Assembly (NCBI GenBank): GCA_028825365.1
Contig: JAPKAF010000001.1
Location: 22,444-86,443 of the forward strand
Length of the DNA: 64,000 nt
Source of the DNA: Flavobacteriaceae bacterium
GTDB lineage: Bacteria > Bacteroidota > Bacteroidia > Flavobacteriales > Flavobacteriaceae
Reading direction: 5' to 3'
The position numbers and the translations under genes are program-made. Below, one piece after another: positions 19,297 to 28,136 of this stretch. The stretch's first letter is position 1. Every line of letters begins with the position of its first letter. The notes beneath the pieces were generated by a model. It made no database searches. It saw only the letters and a program-made list of their open reading frames with translations, and was not told where the DNA came from.

Positions 19297-20550
19297 ATGA
19301 GAGATTTATTTGAAAGAATGTACAAGGACAAAGGTCCTCTAGGAAAATGGGCATCTATAGCAGAAGGGTATTTTGCATTCCCTAAATTAGAAGGACCAAT
19401 TTCTAATAGAATGAAGTTCCAAGGAAAAGAAGTAATTACCTGGAGTGTTAATGATTACTTAGGTTTAGCTAATCATCCCGAGGTGCGTAAAGTTGATGCT
19501 GAAGCAGCTTTGGAATACGGATCTGCTTATCCAATGGGTGCTAGGTTAATGTCTGGTCATACTGACTTACACGATAAGCTACAAATCGAGTTAGCAAAAT
19601 TTGTTGATAAAGAATCTGCATATTTATTAAATTTTGGTTATCAAGGGATAATGTCTACAATTGACTCATTAGTTTCTAAAAATGATATAATTGTATATGA
19701 TGTTGATTCCCATGCTTGTATTGTTGATGGAGTTAGACTTCATATGGGTAAAAGGTTTACATACAAACATAATGATATCGAAAGTCTAGAAAAAAACCTT
19801 GGAAGAGCAACTAAAATGGCAGAAACCACAGGTGGAGGTATTTTAGTTATTTCTGAAGGAGTGTTCGGTATGAGAGGTGAGCAAGGAAAATTAAAAGAAA
19901 TCACAGACTTAAAAGGTAAATTTAATTTTAGATTGTTAGTAGATGACGCACATGGTTTTGGAACTCTAGGTGAAACTGGTGCAGGTGCTGGGGAAGAACA
20001 AGGAGTTCAAGATAAAATTGATGTTTATTTTGCCACTTTTGCTAAATCCTTAGCAAGTACAGGTGCTTTTATTGCTGCTGATAAAGAAATAATTGATTTT
20101 TTAAAATATAATTTAAGATCACAAGTGTTTGCGAAATCATTACAAATGCAACTAGTTGTAGGGGCTTTAAAAAGGTTAGAAATAATAAAAACCCAACCAG
20201 AAATCAAACAAAAATTATGGACTAATGTTGTTGAGTTACAATCTGGATTAAAAGATAGGGGTTTTGACTTAGGTTCAACACAAAGTTGCGTAACACCTGT
20301 TTATTTAAATGGTACAGTTCCTGAGGCGTTTGCACTAGTTAAAGATCTAAGAGAAAACTATGGGATATTTTGTTCAACAGTGATTTACCCTGTTATACCT
20401 AAGGGCTTAATTCTGTTAAGATTAATTCCTACAGCTACACATAACTCCAATGATATTCAAGTTACACTTGATGCTTTTTCTGCAATTAGAGAAAGATTAA
20501 TTTCTGGTGTCTACAAAGAGCTTTCTAAGGATTTGCCGACTATGGATTAG
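19297..20550 (+). CDS. alpha-oxoamine synthase family PLP acyltransferase, serine-palmitoyltransferase-like (candidate cysteate-C-fatty-acyltransferase CapB/SulA)
   Basis: 417 aa. The N-terminus EGYFAFPKLEG...VITWSVNDYLGLANHPEV resembles the Spt type rather than Kbl/BioF. The DDAHG motif and the PLP-lysine region ATFAKSLAS are present. Confidence 0.8.
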   Translation: MRDLFERMYKDKGPLGKWASIAEGYFAFPKLEGPISNRMKFQGKEVITWSVNDYLGLANHPEVRKVDAEAALEYGSAYPMGARLMSGHTDLHDKLQIELAKFVDKESAYLLNFGYQGIMSTIDSLVSKNDIIVYDVDSHACIVDGVRLHMGKRFTYKHNDIESLEKNLGRATKMAETTGGGILVISEGVFGMRGEQGKLKEITDLKGKFNFRLLVDDAHGFGTLGETGAGAGEEQGVQDKIDVYFATFAKSLASTGAFIAADKEIIDFLKYNLRSQVFAKSLQMQLVVGALKRLEIIKTQPEIKQKLWTNVVELQSGLKDRGFDLGSTQSCVTPVYLNGTVPEAFALVKDLRENYGIFCSTVIYPVIPKGLILLRLIPTATHNSNDIQVTLDAFSAIRERLISGVYKELSKDLPTMD

Positions 20551-21664
20551 ATAAATCTTTTTTGAAAGTACATCTAGTCTTATAAGTTACAGGATTAAAG
20601 TTTTTCCAAAGATTATTGATTGCTATATTATCTTTAAGTTCAGGAGTTCGAATACACTCCTTAATCCCTTTGTTTTTTAGAGTTTCTAAAAGTGAATCAA
20701 AAAGAACTGCTGTAACCCCTTTATTTTGATAGTCAGGATGTACACCAATTAGAAAGAGAGTCACATTTTTTGGAAAAGCCTTAGCGTATAATAAGTGTAG
20801 AAATCCAAAAGGATAAACTTTACCTTTTGATTTTTGTAAAGAACTAGCGAAGGAAGGCATTATTATTGCAAAACCGATAAGCTTGTCATTGCTGTCCAGT
20901 GTAAATTTTATAAACTCTGGATTGATAAATGAAAGAAACTTTTCCTTCATATATTTTATCTGCTTTGTATTTACTGGAATAAATGAAGATAATTTTGAAT
21001 AAGAAATGTTAAATAAATCAAACATTTGATCTGCATAATTTAAAACTTTTTCTGTAGACTTAAAGCTAACTGACTTGAGTAAAAATCTTTTCTTTACAAT
21101 TTCAGCCATTCTTGAGTAATATTTAGTGTCAATGTTATTAAAGTCAAATTTATTTTCTAAATATTCTTTTTCAATCTTAAAATTCAATTTCTCAAAATGC
21201 TCTTTATAGTAAGGGTGATTATACCATGTAATCATAGTACTAATTTTATCATATCCACTAGTAAGTACTCCGACTTTATCTAAATTAGAAAAACCTATTG
21301 GACCTTCAATAAAACTTAATTTTTTGTTTATTCCAATTTTATCAACTTCACTAATTAAAGCTTTAGTAACACTTATGTCGTTAATAGTATCAAACCAGCC
21401 AAATCTAATTTTTTTTATTCCTTGAGTATTTACCTCATACCAATTAATAATAGCTGCAATTCTTCCAACAACTTTACCATTTTGAATTGCTAAAAATAAA
21501 TTGACATCGCAGTCATCGAGGTTTGGATTAACCCCTTTAGTAAAGCTATTAATCTCTTCTTTTATAATAGGAGGGACCCAGTATTTAGAGTCTTTATATA
21601 GTTTAAAAGGAAACTTAACAAATTTCAGTAATTCTTCACTGCTATTAACTTTTACTATTTTCAT
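20540..21664 (-). CDS. GNAT-like acyltransferase-fold protein of unknown substrate
   Basis: 374 aa with a C-terminal GNAT-type motif (HPDYQNKGVTAVLF). Its ATG overlaps the stop of the upstream OMP gene (ATGA at 21661-21664). Confidence 0.5.
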   Translation of the reverse strand: MKIVKVNSSEELLKFVKFPFKLYKDSKYWVPPIIKEEINSFTKGVNPNLDDCDVNLFLAIQNGKVVGRIAAIINWYEVNTQGIKKIRFGWFDTINDISVTKALISEVDKIGINKKLSFIEGPIGFSNLDKVGVLTSGYDKISTMITWYNHPYYKEHFEKLNFKIEKEYLENKFDFNNIDTKYYSRMAEIVKKRFLLKSVSFKSTEKVLNYADQMFDLFNISYSKLSSFIPVNTKQIKYMKEKFLSFINPEFIKFTLDSNDKLIGFAIIMPSFASSLQKSKGKVYPFGFLHLLYAKAFPKNVTLFLIGVHPDYQNKGVTAVLFDSLLETLKNKGIKECIRTPELKDNIAINNLWKNFNPVTYKTRCTFKKDLSNP

Positions 21665-22539
21665 TTTTCTACAGCTTTATCTTTATGAAAATCGAACCTG
21701 TAACTTAAGCCTAAATTTAATCTCCTAACCTTTGGGGTGTTTTTGTTGTTTATAGATACAGATCCATCAATTTGGAAATCCTTATTTAATAGATATGCAG
21801 CTCCAAGACTAAATAAATTATCTGCATAAAAATCACTTTTTATTCCTTGGGTTTCTATAAAAATCACCCAATTCATATTCAAAGCCTTGGTAAGAGTTAC
21901 AATATATTCAAAATCAGTTTGATCGCTCCCTAACCTGTCTAACATTAAATTTGTAATAAGTACAGTATTATTTTTAAAATTGTTTTGAGTCGAAATTAAA
22001 AAAAATGGACTAACTCCTTCAACTCCATTAGATGTATATGGATTACTTTCTGTATCGATATTAATTCCAGCCATTAAAGATACAGCAGGAATTAAAGACC
22101 TCCATTTAAACTTTTGGTTAGCTCTATAACTATACACGTTTGGAATGTCTTCATAATTTTTATAAGGATCGTAAATTAAGTACTTGAAAGCAACTTTAAA
22201 TTCCTTAAAATTATTTCGACTAATTTCTTGTGTAGGGTTATATCTGTAATCATAAAAAACATCATTTTGATAGGTACCATAAGTTAAAAACTCTAACTCT
22301 TCTTTAAAAAAACCATATCTAATCGAGAAATCTAATCCGTAACCGATAAACTCTCTGTTTAATAAATCATGCTTTTCTTTTAAAAATGTGGTACCTGTTT
22401 CAATTTGTAAAACATTAATACCTACTGAAAAAGCACTAAAGGATTCTCCTGGTTTGTTAGAGTTAATTACATCGGTATATTGGCTGATTGCTATATATGG
22501 AAGTAAAGTTAGTAGTATAGATAATAAAGTTTTGTTCAT
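21661..22539 (-). CDS. outer-membrane beta-barrel channel, MetA-pathway/phenol-degradation-like transporter family
   Basis: 292 aa with a signal peptide. The N-terminal NKPGESFSAFSVGINVLQIETG matches my recollection of that family's start. Amphipathic strands run to the C-terminus. Confidence 0.55.
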   Translation of the reverse strand: MNKTLLSILLTLLPYIAISQYTDVINSNKPGESFSAFSVGINVLQIETGTTFLKEKHDLLNREFIGYGLDFSIRYGFFKEELEFLTYGTYQNDVFYDYRYNPTQEISRNNFKEFKVAFKYLIYDPYKNYEDIPNVYSYRANQKFKWRSLIPAVSLMAGINIDTESNPYTSNGVEGVSPFFLISTQNNFKNNTVLITNLMLDRLGSDQTDFEYIVTLTKALNMNWVIFIETQGIKSDFYADNLFSLGAAYLLNKDFQIDGSVSINNKNTPKVRRLNLGLSYRFDFHKDKAVEK

Positions 22540-22555
22540 TATAATTCAATTTATT

Positions 22556-22563
22556 CAAATATA
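22556..22563 (-). promoter_or_regulatory. -7 box (TATATTTG on the reverse strand) for the OMP/GNAT-like operon
   Basis: The + strand reads CAAATATA, lying 16 nt upstream of ATG 22539. Confidence 0.4.
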
Positions 22564-22606
22564 TAATTTTTATTATTTTATTAACTTTTTTGATCTACAA
22601 TAATTG

Positions 22607-22614
22607 TATTTTTG
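22607..22614 (+). promoter_or_regulatory. -7 box (TATTTTTG) for the DUF4834-YfhO operon
   Basis: Perfect TAnnTTTG lying 20 nt upstream of ATG 22635. Confidence 0.4.
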
Positions 22615-22634
22615 AATTATTATAATGAATATAT

Positions 22635-22883
22635 ATGGGCTTAATTATATTTTTTGTTAAGGTTTACGCCGGTTATCTTTTTATTAAATTTTTAGGGAGA
22701 TTGTTTTCACCTTTTTTGTTCAAGTACTTGACTAATAAAATGAAAAGTAACTTTAACAACACTAATAATAGACCTGAAAACAAAAAGAGTGAAGGGGAAG
22801 TTACTATTGATAAAATACCAAAAAAAAAGAAACCTTCAAAAAACAACGTTGGTGATTATGTAGATTATGAAGAAGTTGAATAA
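22635..22883 (+). CDS. small membrane protein, DUF4834-like
   Basis: 82 aa with an N-terminal TM segment, a Lys-rich linker and the acidic tail GDYVDYEEVE, as I recall for DUF4834. It overlaps the next gene by 17 nt. Confidence 0.55.
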   Translation: MGLIIFFVKVYAGYLFIKFLGRLFSPFLFKYLTNKMKSNFNNTNNRPENKKSEGEVTIDKIPKKKKPSKNNVGDYVDYEEVE

Positions 22884-25287
22884 TATACTATCCTTTCTCA
22901 AATGCAATACACATCATTTAATTGTGTTTGTTTTATTTATCATTATTTCTGTTTCTTATTTTTATCCTATTCTTGAAGGTGATAAAATTTATCAAAGCGA
23001 CATCGTTCAATACACTGGAATGGCTAAGCAGCAGAACGATTTCAGGGACTCTACTAATACAGAAACTTACTGGACAGATAGTGCTTTTTCAGGTATGCCA
23101 ACCTATTTATTAGGTGCTAAATACCCTCATAATTATATAAAAAAATTAGATTTATTCCTTAGATTTTTACCAAGACCAGCTGATTATTTACTATTATACC
23201 TTATAAGTTTTTATGTTTTTTTACTAGTATTAAAAATTGATTATAAGTTAGCATTTTTAGGATCTATATTTTTCGCCTTTTCAACCTATTTAATAATAAT
23301 CATTGGAGCAGGACACAATTCTAAAGCGCATGCCATTGCCTACATGCCACTAGTGTTGTCTGGTATAATTCTAGTTTTTAATAATAAGTATTATAAAGGT
23401 TTCTTTTTAACTGCCATTGCCTTAGGTCTAGAGATTTGTGCTAATCATTTTCAAATGACCTATTATTTAATGTTTATCGTTATATCTATTGGTGTTTATT
23501 TTCTGATTGAAGCTATTAAAACAAATACTTTAAAAAAATATTTTAAATCTCTAACGATATTGTTTTCTGCTTTATTTTTAGCTATTGGATTTAATGCTAG
23601 TACACTTATGAGTACCTATGAGTATTCTAAACAAAGTACTAGAGGAGCTAATGAAATCACTATCACACCTGATGGTAACCAAACAGAATCTAATGGTTTA
23701 AATTACGATTATATCACCGAGTATAGTTATGGAGTTTTTGAAAGTTTAAATTTATTTATACCCAGGATAACAGGTGGTGGGAGTGTAGAAAAACTTGGTG
23801 TCGACTCAGAATCTTACAAATATTTTAAATCTATAGGCGCTACTTCTATTCAAGCCAGAGATGCTACTGAATATAGCCCTACTTATTGGGGCAGTCAGCC
23901 TATAGTTGAAGCACCTGCGTACATTGGTATAGTTGTATTCTTTTTATTTATTCTATCCCTATTTTTAGTGTCTAACAAAAATAAATATTGGTTACTTGGC
24001 TCTATCATATTATCCTTAGTATTATCTTATGGTAAGAACATGTCTTTTATTACAGACTTTTTTATAAATTATTTCCCTTTTTATAATAAATTTAGAGCTG
24101 TCAGTTCAATCCAGGTAGTTTTAGAGCTTTGTGTCCCTGTTTTAGCCATATATTCATTACATACTATCATTAGCCAAAACAAACAAAAAAAAGCAGTTAC
24201 TGTAGCCTTAAATAAGACCCTAGGGGTCTTTATGCTTTTGTTGGCTACTTTATACTTTTCGATTGATTTTTTAGGCTTTAAAGGGGTAAGTGATTCATTA
24301 TACCTGGATGCTTATGGGCCTGGTTATTTAGATGCTTTAAGATTAGATAGAATTGATTTATTTAAATCAGACTTAATACGAACTTGGTTATATGTAATGT
24401 CTTCTTTTATCTTACTAAATATTTATAAAAGTAAATTGATGTCTTCAAACTCACTAATTATTACATTTCTAATTTTAGTTTCATTTGACCTTATATCTTT
24501 TAATAATAATTATGTTAATTCAGATGATTTTGTTAAAGCAAATAAGGTTGAAGTTCCTTATGTTGCTAACGAAGCCGATATATCAATTTTGAATGATACA
24601 ACTAAATTCAGAGTACTAGATTTAACAAGTAATTCAACAAAAGCATCTTATTTTCATAATTCTGTTTTAGGCTACCATGCTGCTAAGCTTTCAAATTATG
24701 ATGCTTTATTGAAATTTTATATATCAAAAAATCACATGCCTGTTTTGAACATGTTAAATGTAAAATACTTCATTAGTAAAAATGATAATGAACAGGTAAA
24801 AGCTTTTATAAATGAAGATGCACAAGGTAACGCCTGGTTTGTTAAAGATTTATTTAATTTAAAAGATCAAAACGAAGCTATATTAGCTTTAGATACATTG
24901 AATTTAATAAATAGTGCCGTGTCAACTAAATTAAAATCTAAAAAATTCAATGTTCCAGTTAATGCTAAAATTGATTTAATTAGCTACACGTCTAATTATT
25001 TAAAATATTCAAGTAGTAACAAAGAAGATGGATATGCTGTTTTTTCAGAAATTTTCTACTCTAAAGGTTGGAAAGTATTTGTGAACGGAAAAGAGACTGT
25101 TTTTGATAATGTTAATGTTGCGCTAAGAGGTTTGTACCTAGCTCAAGGAGATAATTTAATAGAGTGCTATTTTAGTCCAGATGTAGTTAAAAAGTCATCT
25201 TATTTCAGCTTAGCTAGTTCTTTATTAGTTTTGTTATTATTTGGGTTTTATATATTTAACTATATTAACCAAAAACAACTAGATTAA
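22867..25287 (+). CDS. YfhO family polytopic membrane protein (GT-C-type glycosyltransferase-like)
   Basis: 806 aa with many TM segments in the N-terminal two thirds and a soluble C-terminal domain. The N-terminal pattern YFYPILEGDKIYQSDIVQYTGMAKQ fits YfhO-type proteins. Confidence 0.65.
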   Translation: MKKLNNILSFLKCNTHHLIVFVLFIIISVSYFYPILEGDKIYQSDIVQYTGMAKQQNDFRDSTNTETYWTDSAFSGMPTYLLGAKYPHNYIKKLDLFLRFLPRPADYLLLYLISFYVFLLVLKIDYKLAFLGSIFFAFSTYLIIIIGAGHNSKAHAIAYMPLVLSGIILVFNNKYYKGFFLTAIALGLEICANHFQMTYYLMFIVISIGVYFLIEAIKTNTLKKYFKSLTILFSALFLAIGFNASTLMSTYEYSKQSTRGANEITITPDGNQTESNGLNYDYITEYSYGVFESLNLFIPRITGGGSVEKLGVDSESYKYFKSIGATSIQARDATEYSPTYWGSQPIVEAPAYIGIVVFFLFILSLFLVSNKNKYWLLGSIILSLVLSYGKNMSFITDFFINYFPFYNKFRAVSSIQVVLELCVPVLAIYSLHTIISQNKQKKAVTVALNKTLGVFMLLLATLYFSIDFLGFKGVSDSLYLDAYGPGYLDALRLDRIDLFKSDLIRTWLYVMSSFILLNIYKSKLMSSNSLIITFLILVSFDLISFNNNYVNSDDFVKANKVEVPYVANEADISILNDTTKFRVLDLTSNSTKASYFHNSVLGYHAAKLSNYDALLKFYISKNHMPVLNMLNVKYFISKNDNEQVKAFINEDAQGNAWFVKDLFNLKDQNEAILALDTLNLINSAVSTKLKSKKFNVPVNAKIDLISYTSNYLKYSSSNKEDGYAVFSEIFYSKGWKVFVNGKETVFDNVNVALRGLYLAQGDNLIECYFSPDVVKKSSYFSLASSLLVLLLFGFYIFNYINQKQLD

Positions 25288-25288
25288 A

Positions 25289-26572
25289 TTGAAAAAAAAA
25301 GTCTTAATCATTACTTATTACTGGCCTCCATTTTCTAGTCCAGGTGTGCAAAGATGGCTTAAATTCGTTAAGTATTTCGATCAATTTAATATTAAGCCTT
25401 ACATATATACACCTGATTTCTCTAATATTGATCAAGTAGATCAATCTTTAATATCTGATATTCCAGATTCTGTTATTATAATTAAAAAACCTATATTTTT
25501 AATAGATTCTATATTAAAGTTGTTTTTACCTAATAAACACAATCAGTATAATAAAGGGCTTATTCCATCTAATGATAATCTCACTTTTATAGATAAAATA
25601 TTACTTTATGTTAGAGGTAATTTTATCATTCCAGACCCGAAAATATATTGGGCAAATAAGTCTTTGAGTTTTATCCAAAACTATATAGCACTAAACGGTA
25701 TTGAGACTATTATAACTACTGGCCCTCCGCATAGTATGCATCTTCTTGGTCAAAGATTAAAGAACTCAACAAATGTTAAATGGATAGCAGATTTTAGAGA
25801 CCCCTGGACGAATATTTGGTATCATAAAAAGTTTTATTTCTCAAAATCTACTTTAGCTAAACATAAACTATTAGAACTTGGAGTGCTTAATGATGCGGAT
25901 CACGTAGTAGTCACATCAGATACCTTGAAGGATGAATATAGTAAGTTAACTAAAACCCATATTTCGACTATTACAAATGGTTTTGATTATTATAATGATA
26001 ACCTAGCTGTTTTAGATAAGAAATTTACAATTTCTCATATTGGTTCTATTTTAACTGATAGAAACCCTGAAATGTTATGGAGGGTTTTAAGTAAGGCAAT
26101 AAAAGAAATCGAAGGTTTTAAAGATTCATTCATCTTAAATTTAATCGGTAATGTTAGTGATGAAGTTAGACTTTCTGTTAAAGAATTCTCTTTAGATATT
26201 TATGTTAAATTTATTGGTCATATTCCATATAGTGATACTAACAAATATTTAAAGAAATCACAAATTCTTCTTCTTATTCAAACTAATAATAATGAATCAA
26301 ATTCAATAATCCCTGCAAAATTATTTGAGTATTTAAATTCTAATAGGCCAATTATATCTATTTCAAACAATATAGATGTTAAGAAAATTATTATGGAAAC
26401 AAAAGTTGGTTATAGTTTTAATTATAATGAGGAAGATGATTTATTTAACTATATATCATCTAGTTACGGGAAGTTTCTTAATAATACACTGAAAGTTTCT
26501 CCAACTAATATTAATAAATATAGTAGATTTGAATTAACGAGATCTATTTCAGATGTCATATCAAAACTATAA
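25289..26572 (+). CDS. glycosyltransferase family 4-like
   Basis: 427 aa. The N-terminus VLIITYYWPPFSSPGVQRWLKF is typical of GT-B/GT4 enzymes. It has a TTG start followed by an A9 run. Confidence 0.7.
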   Translation: MKKKVLIITYYWPPFSSPGVQRWLKFVKYFDQFNIKPYIYTPDFSNIDQVDQSLISDIPDSVIIIKKPIFLIDSILKLFLPNKHNQYNKGLIPSNDNLTFIDKILLYVRGNFIIPDPKIYWANKSLSFIQNYIALNGIETIITTGPPHSMHLLGQRLKNSTNVKWIADFRDPWTNIWYHKKFYFSKSTLAKHKLLELGVLNDADHVVVTSDTLKDEYSKLTKTHISTITNGFDYYNDNLAVLDKKFTISHIGSILTDRNPEMLWRVLSKAIKEIEGFKDSFILNLIGNVSDEVRLSVKEFSLDIYVKFIGHIPYSDTNKYLKKSQILLLIQTNNNESNSIIPAKLFEYLNSNRPIISISNNIDVKKIIMETKVGYSFNYNEEDDLFNYISSSYGKFLNNTLKVSPTNINKYSRFELTRSISDVISKL

Positions 26573-28026
26573 TGGGTATAGTAATTAGACAATCAATTAA
26601 AAATACAATCTCTACTTATGTTGGATTTGTTTTAGGTGCTTTTAATGTATTGTTTTTATATACTTATTTTTTATCTGATCAGTACCATGGTCTTTTAGCC
26701 TTTATTATTTCTACAGCAACTATTATGTTACCGTTTATTTCACTAGGCACTCATAATGCTATAATTAAATTTTACTCCTCTTATAATACGACTGATGAAA
26801 AAAATTACTTTATAAGTACTATGTTAATCATTCCTTTAATTAGCGTAATCATCTTAGTTTTTCTTGGACTAACATCTATGGATTTTATCAAATATTTTCT
26901 TCCACAAAATGTTTATATGACAAACACGAATATTTGGGTAATAATTATTACAGCTTTTAGTTTTGCTTATTTTGAAGTTTTTTATTCTCTAGTAAAAATC
27001 AAATTGATTTCTGTATTTGGGAATTTTTTAAAAGAAATTTTTCATAGAATTTTAATCTTTTTTTTATTGTTTTTAATTCATTATCAGTTTATAGATGAGC
27101 AACAATTTATTTTATGTGTTTTGTGTGTATATGTGTTAAGAACTCTAATAATGATGGTTTATTCTCTAAAAAATAACCCATTTCATTTTAAATTGAAAAA
27201 GTCAAAGAATTTAAACGAAATAATTAGATATTTAATTGTAATCTGTCTTGCAGGAGCTGTAGCAAATGTTGTTTTGGAAATTGATAAATTCATGATTGCA
27301 AAATATTTAGATATTTCTAAGGTAGCTTACTATGCTGTTGCAATATATATCAGTTCATTAATTACTGTACCTAGAAGATCTTTATTTCAAATTGCCAACC
27401 CACTTAGCTCGAAGCTACTAAATGACAAGAATTACACAGATTTAGGAGTTTTATATCAAAAATCTAGTTTAAATTTATTGATCGTTTGTGGACTAGTTTT
27501 TCTATTAATAGTATTTAACCTTAGTGATTTCTATTCATTTATTCCATTTACTTACAAAGAAGGCTACTACGTTGTCCTTATTATTTCTTTTACAAAACTT
27601 TATAATGCATTTTTAGGAAATATAGATGGGATTATCTTTAATAGTAAATATTATAATTTCATTGTATTTGTAGGTGTGTTATTGATTTTTATAACAATTT
27701 ACTTAAACTATATTTTTATTCCTTTATACGGAATTGAAGGAGCTGCTATATCTTCTTTGATAGCTGTTTGCTTATACAATTCATTAAAGGTTTACTATGT
27801 ATACTTAAAATTTAAATTACATCCTATAACTTTAAATACTTTCAAAGTAATCTCACTTATTTTAGTTGGTTTTTTAATATCGTTCTATGTAAACTTTGAC
27901 TTCCATCCGATTTTGAATATTGTTTTAAATTCTATTCTTGTTTCATTTATATATATATCAATTGTTGTCTTTTTAAAGTTTTCTGTTGATATTAATAATC
28001 TTATAGATAAATTCTTGGGGAAATAA
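26572..28026 (+). CDS. Wzx-like oligosaccharide/polysaccharide flippase (MOP superfamily)
   Basis: 484 aa and hydrophobic throughout (about 12-14 TM). Its start overlaps the GT4 stop (TAATG). Confidence 0.65.
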   Translation: MGIVIRQSIKNTISTYVGFVLGAFNVLFLYTYFLSDQYHGLLAFIISTATIMLPFISLGTHNAIIKFYSSYNTTDEKNYFISTMLIIPLISVIILVFLGLTSMDFIKYFLPQNVYMTNTNIWVIIITAFSFAYFEVFYSLVKIKLISVFGNFLKEIFHRILIFFLLFLIHYQFIDEQQFILCVLCVYVLRTLIMMVYSLKNNPFHFKLKKSKNLNEIIRYLIVICLAGAVANVVLEIDKFMIAKYLDISKVAYYAVAIYISSLITVPRRSLFQIANPLSSKLLNDKNYTDLGVLYQKSSLNLLIVCGLVFLLIVFNLSDFYSFIPFTYKEGYYVVLIISFTKLYNAFLGNIDGIIFNSKYYNFIVFVGVLLIFITIYLNYIFIPLYGIEGAAISSLIAVCLYNSLKVYYVYLKFKLHPITLNTFKVISLILVGFLISFYVNFDFHPILNIVLNSILVSFIYISIVVFLKFSVDINNLIDKFLGK

Positions 28027-28030
28027 AAAA

Positions 28031-28066
28031 AACCTTGCAAACTTCAAGAAAAAGTTTTGCAAGGTT
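28031..28066. terminator. bidirectional intrinsic terminator between the flippase gene and uvrA
   Basis: Perfect 11-bp stem AACCTTGCAAA (28031-28041) / TTTGCAAGGTT (28056-28066) with a 14-nt loop. It is flanked by an A-run upstream and T-rich sequence downstream. Confidence 0.7.
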
Positions 28067-28067
28067 T

Positions 28068-28100
28068 TAAACTAACTATCTAATAAAATAAACTAACTAT
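28068..28100. repeat. perfect 12-nt direct repeat TAAACTAACTAT at 21-nt spacing
   Basis: Copies at 28068-28079 and 28089-28100, read directly. Confidence 0.9.
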
Positions 28101-28136
28101 TAATCTATATACAAAGAGCATGCCAAAGATTAATTT

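Noticed and set aside
25289-25300. The A9 homopolymer immediately after the TTG start of the GT4 gene as a phase-variation switch.
   Set aside because: A-runs of 7-9 are common throughout this AT-rich window, and AAA AAA AAA simply encodes the frequent MKKK N-terminus. Without population or read data there is no evidence of length variation.
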